Shown here in pieces: positions 39,155 through 49,275 of a stretch of 64,000 nt of DNA (positions are counted from its first letter, which is position 1; the number at the start of each line of letters is the position of its first letter). Source of the DNA: Candidatus Bipolaricaulota bacterium (GTDB taxonomy: Bacteria > Bipolaricaulota > Bipolaricaulia > UBA7950 > UBA9294); NCBI GenBank assembly GCA_028277345.1, contig JANQGM010000026.1:76998-140997 (forward strand), read 5' to 3'. The notes under the pieces are model-generated. The model was not told the DNA's origin. It was given only the letters and a program-made list of their open reading frames with translations, and made no database searches. The translations under genes were made by a program, and so were the position numbers.

Positions 39155-40439
39155 GCCGCGTCCCATACGAGATCGCTTCGATGCGATCCGACCGCGGTTC
39201 TTCGCATTCATGTTGGATTGGATGATCTGGGGATACATCGCCTATGCCGTCATGTACTTCCTCCAACGATACTGGTGGCGCTACGTTGACTTCTACAATC
39301 CCTTGAAGCTCCCTGCTTGGGGATGGCCGGTCGTCATCCTGGGGACGCTAGAGATGGCCTTGCTCACCCACGCCTTTACCCAGAGTCCGGGCATGGCCGC
39401 CTTTCGTCTTCGGCTCGTTGGAACCGATTTACAGGATCCAACGTGGGCGATGCGCATCCATCGCTTTCTTCGAATGAATCTGATGCTCCTCGTGCAACCG
39501 GTCCTCTTCTTCCAATCCAAGCGCGGCCCGGAGCGGCTGATGCACGATTCCGCCGCCACGGGCATCGTGATTCCCATTGCCCTGCTCAAGGACGTCATCC
39601 CCACCAAGAAGCCCCGCCCGTGGTTCTTGACGTACCGCGGCATCTTCATTGTGCTTCTGCTGGCGATGACCTTCTGGTTGGGTTGGCTCGTGTCGAAGAT
39701 GGCGCCTTCCAAGCTCGTCTCCGGTTGGTCCTACGCGTCGCGGATCTGGGGCGAACTCTTTGACATCCGGCTCAACTACCTCTTTGCCGATGTCAATACC
39801 AAGGGATTGCTGTTCTCGATTTCCTACTACATGGCCGAAACGATCTTCATGGCCTTGTTCGCCACCGCTCTGGGAACGCTCCTCGCCTTCCCGCTGAGTT
39901 TCTTGGCGGCCCGCAACATCATGGGATTCAGCCCGCTCGGCTGGGGCATCTATCTGATCATGCGATTCCTGTTCAATGCCATCCGGTCGATCGAGTCCTT
40001 GCTCATCGCCGTCATCTTCGCTGTCTGGGTCGGCTTCGGCAATCCGTTCGCCGGATCGCTGGCGTTGCTGATTCACACGGTCGCGGCACTGGGCAAACTG
40101 TTTTCTGAACAGGTCGAATCCGTGGATCCGGGTCCCTTGGAGGCCATTGCCGCAAGCGGCGCCCGCCGGTGGCAGGTCGTCATTTATGGCGTTATTCCTC
40201 AGATTATTCCTTCCTATCTGGCGTTCACGCTGTACCGATGGGACATCAATATCCGTATGGCCACCGTCATCGCTCTGGTTGGTGGCGGAGGAATCGGAAC
40301 CTTGCTCTTCTATTGGAAGAATGAAGTCGGCCGATATGCCGATGCCTGGGGACAGGTAGCCGGCGTTGTCGTGGCGATCATTGCCGTTGTCTGGGTAATG
40401 GACTACATCAGTGGACGCATCAGGGAGAAGATCGGATAG
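39123..40439 (+). CDS. phnE: PhnE-type permease with N-terminal RDD-like domain
   Basis: GTG with SD AGGAG; RFFAF.LD, SPGM..F.LRLV, MHD, then PLSFLAARN, E.VDPGPLEA, LYRWDINIR. Confidence 0.85.
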   Translation: MRTPKKSKYVKPRPIRDRFDAIRPRFFAFMLDWMIWGYIAYAVMYFLQRYWWRYVDFYNPLKLPAWGWPVVILGTLEMALLTHAFTQSPGMAAFRLRLVGTDLQDPTWAMRIHRFLRMNLMLLVQPVLFFQSKRGPERLMHDSAATGIVIPIALLKDVIPTKKPRPWFLTYRGIFIVLLLAMTFWLGWLVSKMAPSKLVSGWSYASRIWGELFDIRLNYLFADVNTKGLLFSISYYMAETIFMALFATALGTLLAFPLSFLAARNIMGFSPLGWGIYLIMRFLFNAIRSIESLLIAVIFAVWVGFGNPFAGSLALLIHTVAALGKLFSEQVESVDPGPLEAIAASGARRWQVVIYGVIPQIIPSYLAFTLYRWDINIRMATVIALVGGGGIGTLLFYWKNEVGRYADAWGQVAGVVVAIIAVVWVMDYISGRIREKIG

Positions 40440-40441
40440 AC

Positions 40442-41764
40442 ATGACCAAGACCTATCATGCTGGATTCATGAGCGATAAGCCGAACTGGGGACAGGCACT
40501 CAAACTCTGGCGACGCGATGTGCTCGTTTTCCTGACCGATGTCGCGTGTTTGGCCGGCTTGTGGATGCTGATCACCTACGCCGCGATCTCTCCGGATCGA
40601 GGCGTCCTCGTGTTCTTGACTGTCCCGTGGTGGCTGATGCTGCTCGTAGTTGCCGTCCTCGCTGGACTATGGCAGTCGTTTGGGCTTAGTTCGGGCATGA
40701 AACTGCTGGGGCGACGCTTGAAAGCGACCCAAGACGCCTCGGGCGCGGCGGCCTTTGCGCGGCGGCTCTTCAGAGCGCTGCTGCTCCCGTTCAGCCCGCT
40801 GCTCGTGCTTCCTGTGCTCGTCACCGCCCGGTACGTGCCTATTCACGACCGTTGGAGTGGATTTGAGACTCAGTCCGCCACCGAAGTCGTCGATCCGAAG
40901 AGTCCGTGGTACCGGCGGAGTTGGGCCGTCGCCATCGCCTTGCTTGCACTGACGGCCTTTGCCGTGTCCGTCATTTTTACACGCGTCAACCTCGTCAAGC
41001 TCTTCACAGAGTTCGACAATACGGCCAACATCCGTGCTCAGATTGCGAATCCGAACTGGGGCGTGCTGTTTGAGGGAGGACAGCTTCTGCTGGTCACCCT
41101 CTTCATGGCCTTCATGGCCACCTTGTTCGGCATCATCGTCGCCGTCCCGCTGAGCTTCGTCGCGGCGCGAAACCTGACCCAGGGCCTCGTCGGACGCGCA
41201 GTATACACGATCGTCCGCGGCATTCTCAGCATCTTGCGTTCCATCCAACCGTTCATTTGGGTCATCGTATTGATCGTCTGGGTGAAGGCGGGCAATGCGC
41301 CGATGGCCGGCGTGATCGCCCTGTTCATCCACTCAGTTGCCGACTTGACGAAGCTCTATGCCGAACGCTTGGAATCGATCGATCCGGGACCGGTTGAGGC
41401 CATTCGAGCCACGGGAGCAAGCCAGTCACAGGTGATCATGTATGGCATCATCCCGCAGATCATCAATCCCTACATGTCCTTCACCATCTACCGATGGGAT
41501 ATCAACGTTCGCATGTCGACCATCGTCGGCATGGTGGGAGGCGGAGGGATCGGTCAGCGCTTGCTTCAGGAAATGCGCGTCAGCGACTACAGCGATGCCG
41601 TTGTACTGATGATGCTGATCATGGTGGCGGTGTGGGCGATGGATACGCTGTCGGCCAGGCTGCGCGAACGCATCGAAACCGGATCCAGCAATCCAGCGCT
41701 GCCCAGCTACGCGCTCAAGCTCAAGACCGAAATATCGAACCGCACGTTTGGCTCGCGCTGGTGA
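40442..41764 (+). CDS. phnE: Second PhnE-type permease with N-terminal RDD-like domain
   Basis: RR....LTD, S.GMKLLG.RL, IHDRWSG, then PLSF.AARN, SIDPGP.EA, YRWDINVR.STIVG.VG.GGIG. Confidence 0.85.
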   Translation: MTKTYHAGFMSDKPNWGQALKLWRRDVLVFLTDVACLAGLWMLITYAAISPDRGVLVFLTVPWWLMLLVVAVLAGLWQSFGLSSGMKLLGRRLKATQDASGAAAFARRLFRALLLPFSPLLVLPVLVTARYVPIHDRWSGFETQSATEVVDPKSPWYRRSWAVAIALLALTAFAVSVIFTRVNLVKLFTEFDNTANIRAQIANPNWGVLFEGGQLLLVTLFMAFMATLFGIIVAVPLSFVAARNLTQGLVGRAVYTIVRGILSILRSIQPFIWVIVLIVWVKAGNAPMAGVIALFIHSVADLTKLYAERLESIDPGPVEAIRATGASQSQVIMYGIIPQIINPYMSFTIYRWDINVRMSTIVGMVGGGGIGQRLLQEMRVSDYSDAVVLMMLIMVAVWAMDTLSARLRERIETGSSNPALPSYALKLKTEISNRTFGSRW

Positions 41765-41781
41765 TCGCCCTGATAACTTGA

Positions 41782-41991
41782 TTACCGGCTCGTGAGTTCT
41801 TCGATATAGTCTCGGATGTCGTCAAGACCGAATGTCGTCTTTAGAGCGACGCTGTCTTCGAACCAGGCATCCTTGATCGTGTCATCTCGCCGGATTTCCA
41901 CGTTCTTCAGGCCGAACGAGGCGACCATCTTGCGAGCTTCTTCTTCAATCTGTCGGTCTTTGACTCGGAATAAAAATCTGGGGACGTCCAT
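41782..41991 (-). CDS. Small hypothetical protein (69 aa, MDVPRFLFRV...)
   Basis: SD AAGGAGG and upstream TATACT; 3' part of ORF 41782..42774. Confidence 0.7.
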   Translation of the reverse strand: MDVPRFLFRVKDRQIEEEARKMVASFGLKNVEIRRDDTIKDAWFEDSVALKTTFGLDDIRDYIEELTSR

Positions 41992-42069
41992 GGGATCCCT
42001 CCTTGGATGCTGAAAGTATAGCCCTCGAACCCGAACGGCGCATGGACAGGCTCTCCAAAAAGGAGTACG

Positions 42070-42573
42070 TTGCCTCATATGACTGAGAACCTTTCCATCC
42101 TTCTTGCCGATCGATCGCATCTGGATGATTTGTCGACGCTCCTTAAGCGCATCGAATCCGAAGATCACCCGGATGTTCCCGCTGCTGCGGAGGCTGCCCC
42201 AGCCGGCTTGCGTCAGAGCTTGGCTCGGTACGATGTCTTTGACTCGGATTCGATCTGGCTGGTACTCGCCTTCATGGGAACGAACCCGGCAGGCATCGCC
42301 ATTCTGATACGTATCCCAAAACTTGACGCCCGCCAGGGATACCTGTACCTCGATGAACTGCACGTGCTCCACCCCTATCGTCGTCGCGGAGTCGGAAGGG
42401 CACTCCTGGAGAGAAGCATCGAACTGGCCGCCGAGCACGGTCTTCGTGGCCTTCGACTTCTGACATGCATCGACAACGCCCCGGCCCGCCGATTGTACGA
42501 GTCCGTCGGATTCGCAGGAAACGAAACGTTCTTTTACCAGTTCCAATTTGATCATTCGCCTACTCAGTCCTAG
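42070..42573 (+). CDS. GNAT family acetyltransferase (alternative start ATG 42079)
   Basis: YLDELHV.HPYRRRGVGRALL, N.PARRLYESVGF. Confidence 0.9.
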   Translation: MPHMTENLSILLADRSHLDDLSTLLKRIESEDHPDVPAAAEAAPAGLRQSLARYDVFDSDSIWLVLAFMGTNPAGIAILIRIPKLDARQGYLYLDELHVLHPYRRRGVGRALLERSIELAAEHGLRGLRLLTCIDNAPARRLYESVGFAGNETFFYQFQFDHSPTQS

Positions 42574-42582
42574 AATACTCGC

Positions 42583-43908
42583 ATGAATACTGTTGACATC
42601 ATCCGCAAGAAAAGAGATGGAGACGTCCTTACGCCTGAGGAAATCCGATACTGGATCGCGGGAGTTAGCGACAAATCCATCCCGGAATACCAATCCTCGG
42701 CTCTGCTGATGGCCATCCGCCTTCAGGGCATGACGGACGAAGAAACCGCCGTGCTCACGGATGCCATGGCGCATTCCGGGAAGCTATTTACACCGGAAGA
42801 CATGGGCGGTTTTTCGGTCGACAAGCACTCAACCGGTGGCGTTGGGGATACGACAACGCTGGTTCTCATTCCCTTGCTTGCCGCCGCCGGTCTGACGGTT
42901 GGCAAGCTGTCTGGGCGCGCTCTGGGGCATACCGGAGGAACAATCGACAAGCTCGAATCGATTCCCGGATTTCGCACCGACCTGAACCTCGATGAATTCC
43001 TTAGCCTCGTTCAGGACACCCGCCTTGCCTTGGCCGATCATACCGACGATATGGTCCCAGCCGACCTCATTCTCTATGAGTTACGAGATGTCACTTCAAC
43101 CGTCGATTCCTTGCCCCTCATCGTCGCATCGATCATGTCCAAGAAGATCGCCGGCGGAGCGCAGGGAATCGTCATCGACGTCAAGACGGGCGCCGGCGCC
43201 TTCCTCCCCGAGCTTGAGGATTCACGCAGATTAGCCCACTCGCTCGTTGCCATTGGCTCCAAGCTGGGCCGCCAGATGTCCGCGCTCATCACCGACATGT
43301 CTCAGCCGCTGGGCTTGATGACGGGGAATGCCCTTGAAGTCATCGAAGCCATCGACACCCTACGCGGAGAAGGCCCCTCTGACCTGGCCACCCTCTGTTG
43401 CGAGCTGGGCGCCGAATTGCTCGTCTTCGCCGGAGAGGCCGCCACGCGAGAAGAGGCCGTCCTCAAACTGGATCAACTCCTGATGAATGGAAAGGCCCTT
43501 GACGCCTTTCGTCAATTGATCGGCCAACAGCACGGCAACACGGCCGTCATCGATGACCTTGCGTTGCTTCCTCGCGCCGCACGCAAGGTCGAGGCCCGTG
43601 CCCTCCACGCCGGCTCCGTTGCCCGTCTTGATGCGCTGGAAATCGGACGTGCCGCCAATCTGCTCGGCGCCGGACGCTTCACGAAAGAAGACGACATCGA
43701 TCCGGCCGTCGGCATTCAACTCAACGTGAAGGTGGGCGATCGGGTTGAAAAGGACGACATTCTCGCCTGGCTGCACGTCAATTCCGAGGAGCATCTGGAT
43801 CAGGCATGCCGGATGGTCGAAGGCGCCTATACAATCGATGCCTCAGGCGATCCGCACCAGCCTCCGGCCTTGATCGTCGAACGTATTGTGGGAACGCCCG
43901 AGGGTTAA
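42583..43908 (+). CDS. pdp: Pyrimidine-nucleoside/thymidine phosphorylase
   Basis: II.KKRDG, DKHSTGGVGD, SGRALGHTGGT.DKLESIPG, SIMSKK.A, DVK.G.GAF. Confidence 0.96.
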   Translation: MNTVDIIRKKRDGDVLTPEEIRYWIAGVSDKSIPEYQSSALLMAIRLQGMTDEETAVLTDAMAHSGKLFTPEDMGGFSVDKHSTGGVGDTTTLVLIPLLAAAGLTVGKLSGRALGHTGGTIDKLESIPGFRTDLNLDEFLSLVQDTRLALADHTDDMVPADLILYELRDVTSTVDSLPLIVASIMSKKIAGGAQGIVIDVKTGAGAFLPELEDSRRLAHSLVAIGSKLGRQMSALITDMSQPLGLMTGNALEVIEAIDTLRGEGPSDLATLCCELGAELLVFAGEAATREEAVLKLDQLLMNGKALDAFRQLIGQQHGNTAVIDDLALLPRAARKVEARALHAGSVARLDALEIGRAANLLGAGRFTKEDDIDPAVGIQLNVKVGDRVEKDDILAWLHVNSEEHLDQACRMVEGAYTIDASGDPHQPPALIVERIVGTPEG

Positions 43909-43921
43909 CCTCGGGCGCTGC

Positions 43922-44329
43922 CTACGAGCAGGATTCACACTCGCCATCATCTCGAAGCGAGAAGCTCTCGGGAAGCAATTCCTTGATGGTCATCCGCTTG
44001 AACGTTCCACTCGGATTGCCCAGCAAGATCTCGAGGTTCGGCGCATGTTCGACCATCACTTGTCGACAGACGCCACACGGGGAGCAATACGCCTTATCGC
44101 AGGTCACCGCAATCTTGACGAAATCCCGATGGCCTTCCGAAATCGCCTTGAAGAAGGCGGTTCGTTCGGCGCAGATCGAGGGTGTAAACGTGGCGCTTTC
44201 GATGTTGATTCCAGTAATGACCGATCCATCGGCACAAAGCAGCGCCGCCCCAACCTTGAAATTGGAGTACGGGGCATAGGCTTTTTCCCGTACGTCGTTG
44301 GCCAGCTGCATCAATTGCTCGTCACTCAT
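43922..44329 (-). CDS. cdd: Cytidine deaminase (tetrameric type)
   Basis: AYAPYS.FKVGAAL, CAERTA, SPCGVCRQ, ELLP.SF. Confidence 0.95.
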   Translation of the reverse strand: MSDEQLMQLANDVREKAYAPYSNFKVGAALLCADGSVITGINIESATFTPSICAERTAFFKAISEGHRDFVKIAVTCDKAYCSPCGVCRQVMVEHAPNLEILLGNPSGTFKRMTIKELLPESFSLRDDGECESCS

Positions 44330-45174
44330 CAAAATCGGATCACGAATCCCAACAGGGCCGTCATCGCCCCCGGACGTATCCCCCACCATGTCTCCTGCTC
44401 GCTAAGGATGACCGACCATCGAAGTTCACCTGTGAGTCGAAGAAACGGTGGACCTATTTCCATGCCCATCATGCCATGAACGGCAAATGCAGACCAAGCA
44501 AGTTCCTCAAGATGAAGCGCCTCAAGGGCGCCCGCGATGCCTGTCTCCAACTCGCTTGGGGCATCGTACACGAGGATCGGACGAAGCCGTCCACCCGTCA
44601 GTTCAACGCCAGCGCCAACGTTGAGTGAAAGCAAGAGCAGATCGAAGCGTTTGATGACATCCGTCGAAAGCGAATACGCTGAGAACTCCAAATCCGCGCG
44701 CACATGCCCCTGATAATCCGCCAACTCGACAGCCGCCTCGAAAAGAGGATTCGGGATTTCTAGGCCAGCCAACGCCGCAAACGAACGCACCATGCCCCCA
44801 CTCAGGAGGCCTCCGGAAAAGCGGATGCCATCGATAACGAGCAAGGGAAGTCGGAACTCAACGCCTCCTCCGATCAACGGAATCGGAATCCAACTCGGAA
44901 CGTCCTCGGTGAACGCCTCGACATCGAGCACGATGTCATCCGTGATCGATCGAAACTCGTCGAGCTGAGACGGTGAGGCGCCCAGGTCTTCAGCCATCGT
45001 TTCCAAGGCAGTGAAGGAGGCACTCAGCGCGACGGGCAGACGCTCCAACGTCAGCGTGAGATCGAGCGTTTGAACAGGGAGGCCGACAACCAACCCGCCC
45101 GCACCCGCCGATGCACTGCTCATGACAAGCACGCAGAGGATGACTGCCGTGGCGCGGACGGGTCGGGTTCTCAT
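44329..45174 (-). CDS. Secreted hypothetical protein, possible outer-membrane beta-barrel
   Basis: Signal peptide, alternating hydrophobic strands, C-terminal ...LGFVIRF. Confidence 0.55.
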   Translation of the reverse strand: MRTRPVRATAVILCVLVMSSASAGAGGLVVGLPVQTLDLTLTLERLPVALSASFTALETMAEDLGASPSQLDEFRSITDDIVLDVEAFTEDVPSWIPIPLIGGGVEFRLPLLVIDGIRFSGGLLSGGMVRSFAALAGLEIPNPLFEAAVELADYQGHVRADLEFSAYSLSTDVIKRFDLLLLSLNVGAGVELTGGRLRPILVYDAPSELETGIAGALEALHLEELAWSAFAVHGMMGMEIGPPFLRLTGELRWSVILSEQETWWGIRPGAMTALLGFVIRF

Positions 45175-46796
45175 CGTCGGTCCCACCCCGCCCATTCGCG
45201 TTGTTTTAACTCAGCGCGTTTGATCTTTCCGCTCGTCGTCTTCGGAAGCTCGGTCACGTAGTCGATGGCCCGCGGATACTTGTAGGGTGCGGTCTCCGCC
45301 TTAACGTGATTTTGCAGCGCTTTCGTGAGTTCATCGGAGGCTTCGTATCCTTCGGCAAGAATGATGAAGGCCTTGACGATTTCGCCGCGGTCCCGGTGAG
45401 GCGATGCCACAGCCGCCGCCTCGACAACGGCCGGATGGCTGACCAGCGCGTCTTCAACTTCAAAGGGCCCGATGCGGTAGCCGGATGTCAGGATGACGTC
45501 ATCGGCGCGCCCTTCGAAAAACAAATACCCATCTTCATCCATACGAACGAGATCGCCGGTGCGATACCAGCCGCCTGAGAAGGCCTCCTTGTCGAGATCC
45601 GGCGAATTCCAGTACCCATCGAAAATGGCGGGAGAATCCGGCTTCAGCGCGATCTCACCGACTTCTCCCTTGCCAACGGGGTTGCCATCCTCATCAATCA
45701 ACGTAACGCCGGGGCCCGGCGTCGGCATTCCCATGGCGCCAGGTTTAACCGGCATGCCCGGGAGGTTGCACACCAAGCACACGGATTCCGTCTGGCCGTA
45801 CCCATCCCGAATCGTAACCCCGAAGGCTCGCTTGAAGGCCTCAATCGGCTCGACGTTCAGCGGTTCTCCTGCGGACAGGGCATCCTTGAGAACGACATTG
45901 TGGTTCGCCAAATCCGGCAGCTGAGCGAACAAACGGTACTCCGTCGGCGTGCAACAGAGCTTGGTGACCTGATATTTCTCAAGCAACTCGATGTAGCGTT
46001 CCCCGTCAAAACGGCCGTTGTACATCAACTGCGTAGCTCCGGTGGTCAATGAAACGCCGACCGGGCTCCAATACCACTTGGCCCACCCGGGCGCCGTCGT
46101 TGCCCAGATGATGTCGTTCTCATCCGCACCGTACCAATATCGGGCCGTGATGCGATTGTGACAATACATCCATCGGTGCTTGTGCACGACCGGTTTCGGA
46201 TTACCCGTCGTCCCGGAGGTGAAGTTGATGGTCATCGGGTCATCCACAGAAAGCTGAACCTTCTCGACGCGCTCATCCGCTTCGGCGACAAGATCTTCGA
46301 ACCGGACCCATCCTTCGCGCGGTTCAGGGCTGTTGATCAGGATAAAGGTTTCCAACGGACAGTCGCCTCGAGCGGCTTCCACCGTTTCAACGATGGAGAC
46401 ATCGGCCACAATAACCTTGGCCCCGCTCGCTTGAGAGCGATAGGCGATCTCCTTGGCCTTCAGCATCTCGGAACACGGCACGGCAACGCCGCCGGCCACG
46501 AAGGTGCCAAGCTGGGCCATGTGCGCTTCGGGCAAGCGGGGGAGCACATGGAGAATGGGATCTTTCTTCCGAACGCCCAACTTGATCAGCGCACTGCCGA
46601 ACCGGCCGGTTCCCTCCACCAGCTCCGCGTAGGTCACCTGGCGTTCGTTCCCCTCTCCGTCTTCCCAGAAAATGGCGATTTTATCCGGGTTCTTACGGGC
46701 GTGTCCTTCGACCACATCAACAATGTTGTAGTCAGCGGGAATATCCCATACGAACTGCTCAAGTTCCTGCTGGTACAGCTCTCTGTTGTATTGCAT
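45171..46796 (-). CDS. Acyl-CoA synthetase (AMP-forming, ACSM-like)
   Basis: FTSGTTGNPK, SAGEPLN, DGYGQTE, YRTGD, GRADD, SGYRIGPFEVE, PKT.SGKI.R. Confidence 0.93.
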   Translation of the reverse strand: MQYNRELYQQELEQFVWDIPADYNIVDVVEGHARKNPDKIAIFWEDGEGNERQVTYAELVEGTGRFGSALIKLGVRKKDPILHVLPRLPEAHMAQLGTFVAGGVAVPCSEMLKAKEIAYRSQASGAKVIVADVSIVETVEAARGDCPLETFILINSPEPREGWVRFEDLVAEADERVEKVQLSVDDPMTINFTSGTTGNPKPVVHKHRWMYCHNRITARYWYGADENDIIWATTAPGWAKWYWSPVGVSLTTGATQLMYNGRFDGERYIELLEKYQVTKLCCTPTEYRLFAQLPDLANHNVVLKDALSAGEPLNVEPIEAFKRAFGVTIRDGYGQTESVCLVCNLPGMPVKPGAMGMPTPGPGVTLIDEDGNPVGKGEVGEIALKPDSPAIFDGYWNSPDLDKEAFSGGWYRTGDLVRMDEDGYLFFEGRADDVILTSGYRIGPFEVEDALVSHPAVVEAAAVASPHRDRGEIVKAFIILAEGYEASDELTKALQNHVKAETAPYKYPRAIDYVTELPKTTSGKIKRAELKQREWAGWDRR

Positions 46797-46885
46797 CTGT
46801 CAGACCACCTTACTCCAGGGGTTTTGATTCGGAACGGTGCATCTTATAGCATATCGGCGAATCCCGCATCCGCACGAGGTGTCTC

Positions 46886-47641
46886 ATGAAAGCAACCGTC
46901 GTTCTCAACGCAGCCACAGCCAAGCGACTGATCGCGCAGGGCATTGCGGCACATCCTATCGTCTCGCACGCCGTCGATCGTGGAACCATCATCATCACGC
47001 TCGGAACGACCAACGGCTATGTGGCCTCGGAGCTGCTGGGCGTTCCCATCGATCAAGGCGCCTTTGCCGCCGGGCTGATCGACGACCGTTGGAACGTCAA
47101 CTCGCGCCTCGGTGAAGCCTCGGATCTCGTGTTGAAGAAGGGAGTTCAAGAGCCTTTCGACGCTGAGGGCGTCCTGGATTCTCTCACCGCAGGAGACGTC
47201 ATCATCAAGGGAGGCAATGCCCTCGACCCCTTCGGCACCGTCGGCGTACTGATGGCGGCCTCCACCGGAGGAACGGTGGGACGCTATATCCCCACAGCCC
47301 TTGCACGCGGCGTCGACATCATCATCCCTATCTCTGTCGCCAAATCGATTCACACCTCGATCGCCGACCTTGCGCTCGATCTTGGAAGCCGCAAGATTGA
47401 TCGATCGATGGGCCTGCCCTGCGGCATGTACCCCTTGACCGGGCACGTCGTCACCGAACTTGAAGCCCTGGGATGGCTCGATGCGGTGGAAGCCACCCAT
47501 ATTTGCTCGCACGGCATGGGGGTCGGCGCCGGTAGCGTCTCGCTTCTGATCGAAGGTGACGAGGCCAATGTCCAATCGGCCTACACGCGGATTCAGGCAC
47601 TGGCGAAGCTGGCGGAGGTTCCGGTCGCAGGTCGAGCATGA
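46886..47641 (+). CDS. Hypothetical protein, possibly RpiA/CoA-transferase-like fold
   Basis: SD GAGGTG; KRLIA.G, GTTN.YV..EL, IKGGNALD, GGT.G motifs. Confidence 0.65.
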   Translation: MKATVVLNAATAKRLIAQGIAAHPIVSHAVDRGTIIITLGTTNGYVASELLGVPIDQGAFAAGLIDDRWNVNSRLGEASDLVLKKGVQEPFDAEGVLDSLTAGDVIIKGGNALDPFGTVGVLMAASTGGTVGRYIPTALARGVDIIIPISVAKSIHTSIADLALDLGSRKIDRSMGLPCGMYPLTGHVVTELEALGWLDAVEATHICSHGMGVGAGSVSLLIEGDEANVQSAYTRIQALAKLAEVPVAGRA

Positions 47642-48252
47642 TCGATTCTTACTTGACCCTGGTGGAACCGGTTCAGCACAAAATCACTCGCAAGAAGTCG
47701 CGGTTCCTCGCGCTCGTGTTTCCCGTTCGCACGCCGGATGCAATCGACGAGAAGCTGCGATTCGCCCGCAAGACCTATCATGACGCAACCCATCATTGTA
47801 GTGCGTACCGTCTGCTCGTCGACGACGCGCTGGTCGAGGGTTCGAACGATGATGGCGAGCCCTCAGGATCAGCTGGCCAACCGATGCTTCACCAACTCGC
47901 CGGAAGAGACCTATTGAATGTGTTGGCAGTTGTCGTTCGCTACTACGGCGGCACTAAGCTTGGCGTCGGTGGCTTGGTTCGCGCCTACGCAGACGCCGTG
48001 TCAGAGGCCCTGGACGACGTTCACATCCACGAACAGTTGCTTCTGGACCGAATCCTCATTCGTTGCCCCGCTGAGGTACACTCTAGCGTCATGTCCATTA
48101 GTCACCGTTTCTCCGCCCAGATCATCGAACTCGCCTTCGAGGGATCCGTTCGCGTCATCACAGCGCTGCCTCCGTCGCGTACCGAGGCCTACCGGGCCGC
48201 CCTTATTGAAGGCACCGGCGCGCGTGCGTGCGTGGAGGTCCTTCATGATTGA
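47638..48252 (+). CDS. yigZ: IMPACT/YigZ family protein
   Basis: KKSRF, A.HHC.AYR, DDGEP.G.AG.PML, VVRYYGG.KLG.GGL.RAY. Confidence 0.93.
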   Translation: MIDSYLTLVEPVQHKITRKKSRFLALVFPVRTPDAIDEKLRFARKTYHDATHHCSAYRLLVDDALVEGSNDDGEPSGSAGQPMLHQLAGRDLLNVLAVVVRYYGGTKLGVGGLVRAYADAVSEALDDVHIHEQLLLDRILIRCPAEVHSSVMSISHRFSAQIIELAFEGSVRVITALPPSRTEAYRAALIEGTGARACVEVLHD

Positions 48253-48838
48253 TGCCATCCGAGGCAGGCTGGCGGATTCGGGAGCGGACTTCGTCTGCAT
48301 TGAAACCATGGGGATTACCTATCAGATCTACTGCCCCGCGGATACGGTTCGCGCGTGCCACGCCCAGCCGGAAGAGCAGCTTCTCTACACGCACCTCGTC
48401 CTTCGTGACGATGCTGTGCAGTTGTATGGTTTCGTGTCGACCACCGCTCGGGAGCTATTCAGGAAACTGTTGAGCGTGGGGCAAGTCGGACCGAAGTTGG
48501 CGCTGCAAATCCTGTCTTCCATGCCCGCTGAAGTCCTGATCGAAGCCATCTCAACCAACGATGTCCCTCGATTGACAACCATCAAGGGAATCGGACAAAA
48601 GACGGCTCAGCGCATTCTTATCGACCTTCGAGACAAGATCGGAGACGGCACCGGAGATGGCTTGGCCGATCTGTTCTTGAAACCCGCTGAAGAAACGGCC
48701 CTCCAAGCACTGACATCCAAAGCACTCGGATTCTCCGTCCGAGAAGCGCGCCAGGCAATCACCCAATTGAGGGGGAAGACCCTGCCAGCAGAAGCGCTCG
48801 TCCGGGAAGCCCTTGCGTTGCTCGGGCGCGGACGATGA
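48245..48838 (+). CDS. ruvA: Holliday junction branch migration protein RuvA
   Basis: MI..IRG, LYTH..R.D...LYGF, LF..LL.V..VGPKLAL.IL, IKGIG.KTA.RI..DL.DK. Confidence 0.95.
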   Translation: MIDAIRGRLADSGADFVCIETMGITYQIYCPADTVRACHAQPEEQLLYTHLVLRDDAVQLYGFVSTTARELFRKLLSVGQVGPKLALQILSSMPAEVLIEAISTNDVPRLTTIKGIGQKTAQRILIDLRDKIGDGTGDGLADLFLKPAEETALQALTSKALGFSVREARQAITQLRGKTLPAEALVREALALLGRGR

Positions 48839-49254
48839 GAGTTCTGGGCCTCGACTACGGGCGAAAGCGTATTGGGCTTTCGATCTCCGACGAGAACGCA
48901 TGTTTAGCCAGTCCGTTGCCGTTCTACAAGCGCGTGTATCTGCGCAAGGATCTCTACGCCCTCGCCACGATCGCCAAGGAGCAGCATGCCGGCACTCTCG
49001 TGATCGGGCTCCCGCTGAATATGGATGGAACAAAGGGGGAGATGGCGCGAGAAGTCGAGGCCTTTGCCCGCGAATTGCAGGCGGTCGTGAAGCGTCCGGT
49101 TGAACTCTACGATGAGCGACTGTCCAGCGCAGAGGCCGAACGCGTCTTACTCGAAGGGCACGTCAAACGGCAGAAACGAAGACAACTCAGGGACGGCTTG
49201 GCCGCCACCGTCATTCTCCAGGGCTTCTTGGATAGCCGAAGAAAGAGCGAGTAG
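48835..49254 (+). CDS. ruvX: YqgF/RuvX RNase H-fold protein (pre-16S rRNA nuclease / putative resolvase)
   Basis: LGLDYG.KRIG.SISD, V.GLPLNMDG, DERLSS..AE, D..AA..ILQ.FLD. Confidence 0.95.
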   Translation: MRVLGLDYGRKRIGLSISDENACLASPLPFYKRVYLRKDLYALATIAKEQHAGTLVIGLPLNMDGTKGEMAREVEAFARELQAVVKRPVELYDERLSSAEAERVLLEGHVKRQKRRQLRDGLAATVILQGFLDSRRKSE

Positions 49255-49275
49255 GGGAAAGCTGCGAAGCTTGCC

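Noticed and set aside
41992-42774. 5' part of the 330-aa ORF 41782..42774
   Set aside because: Antisense to GNAT and pdp; only the last 69 codons have an SD and promoter
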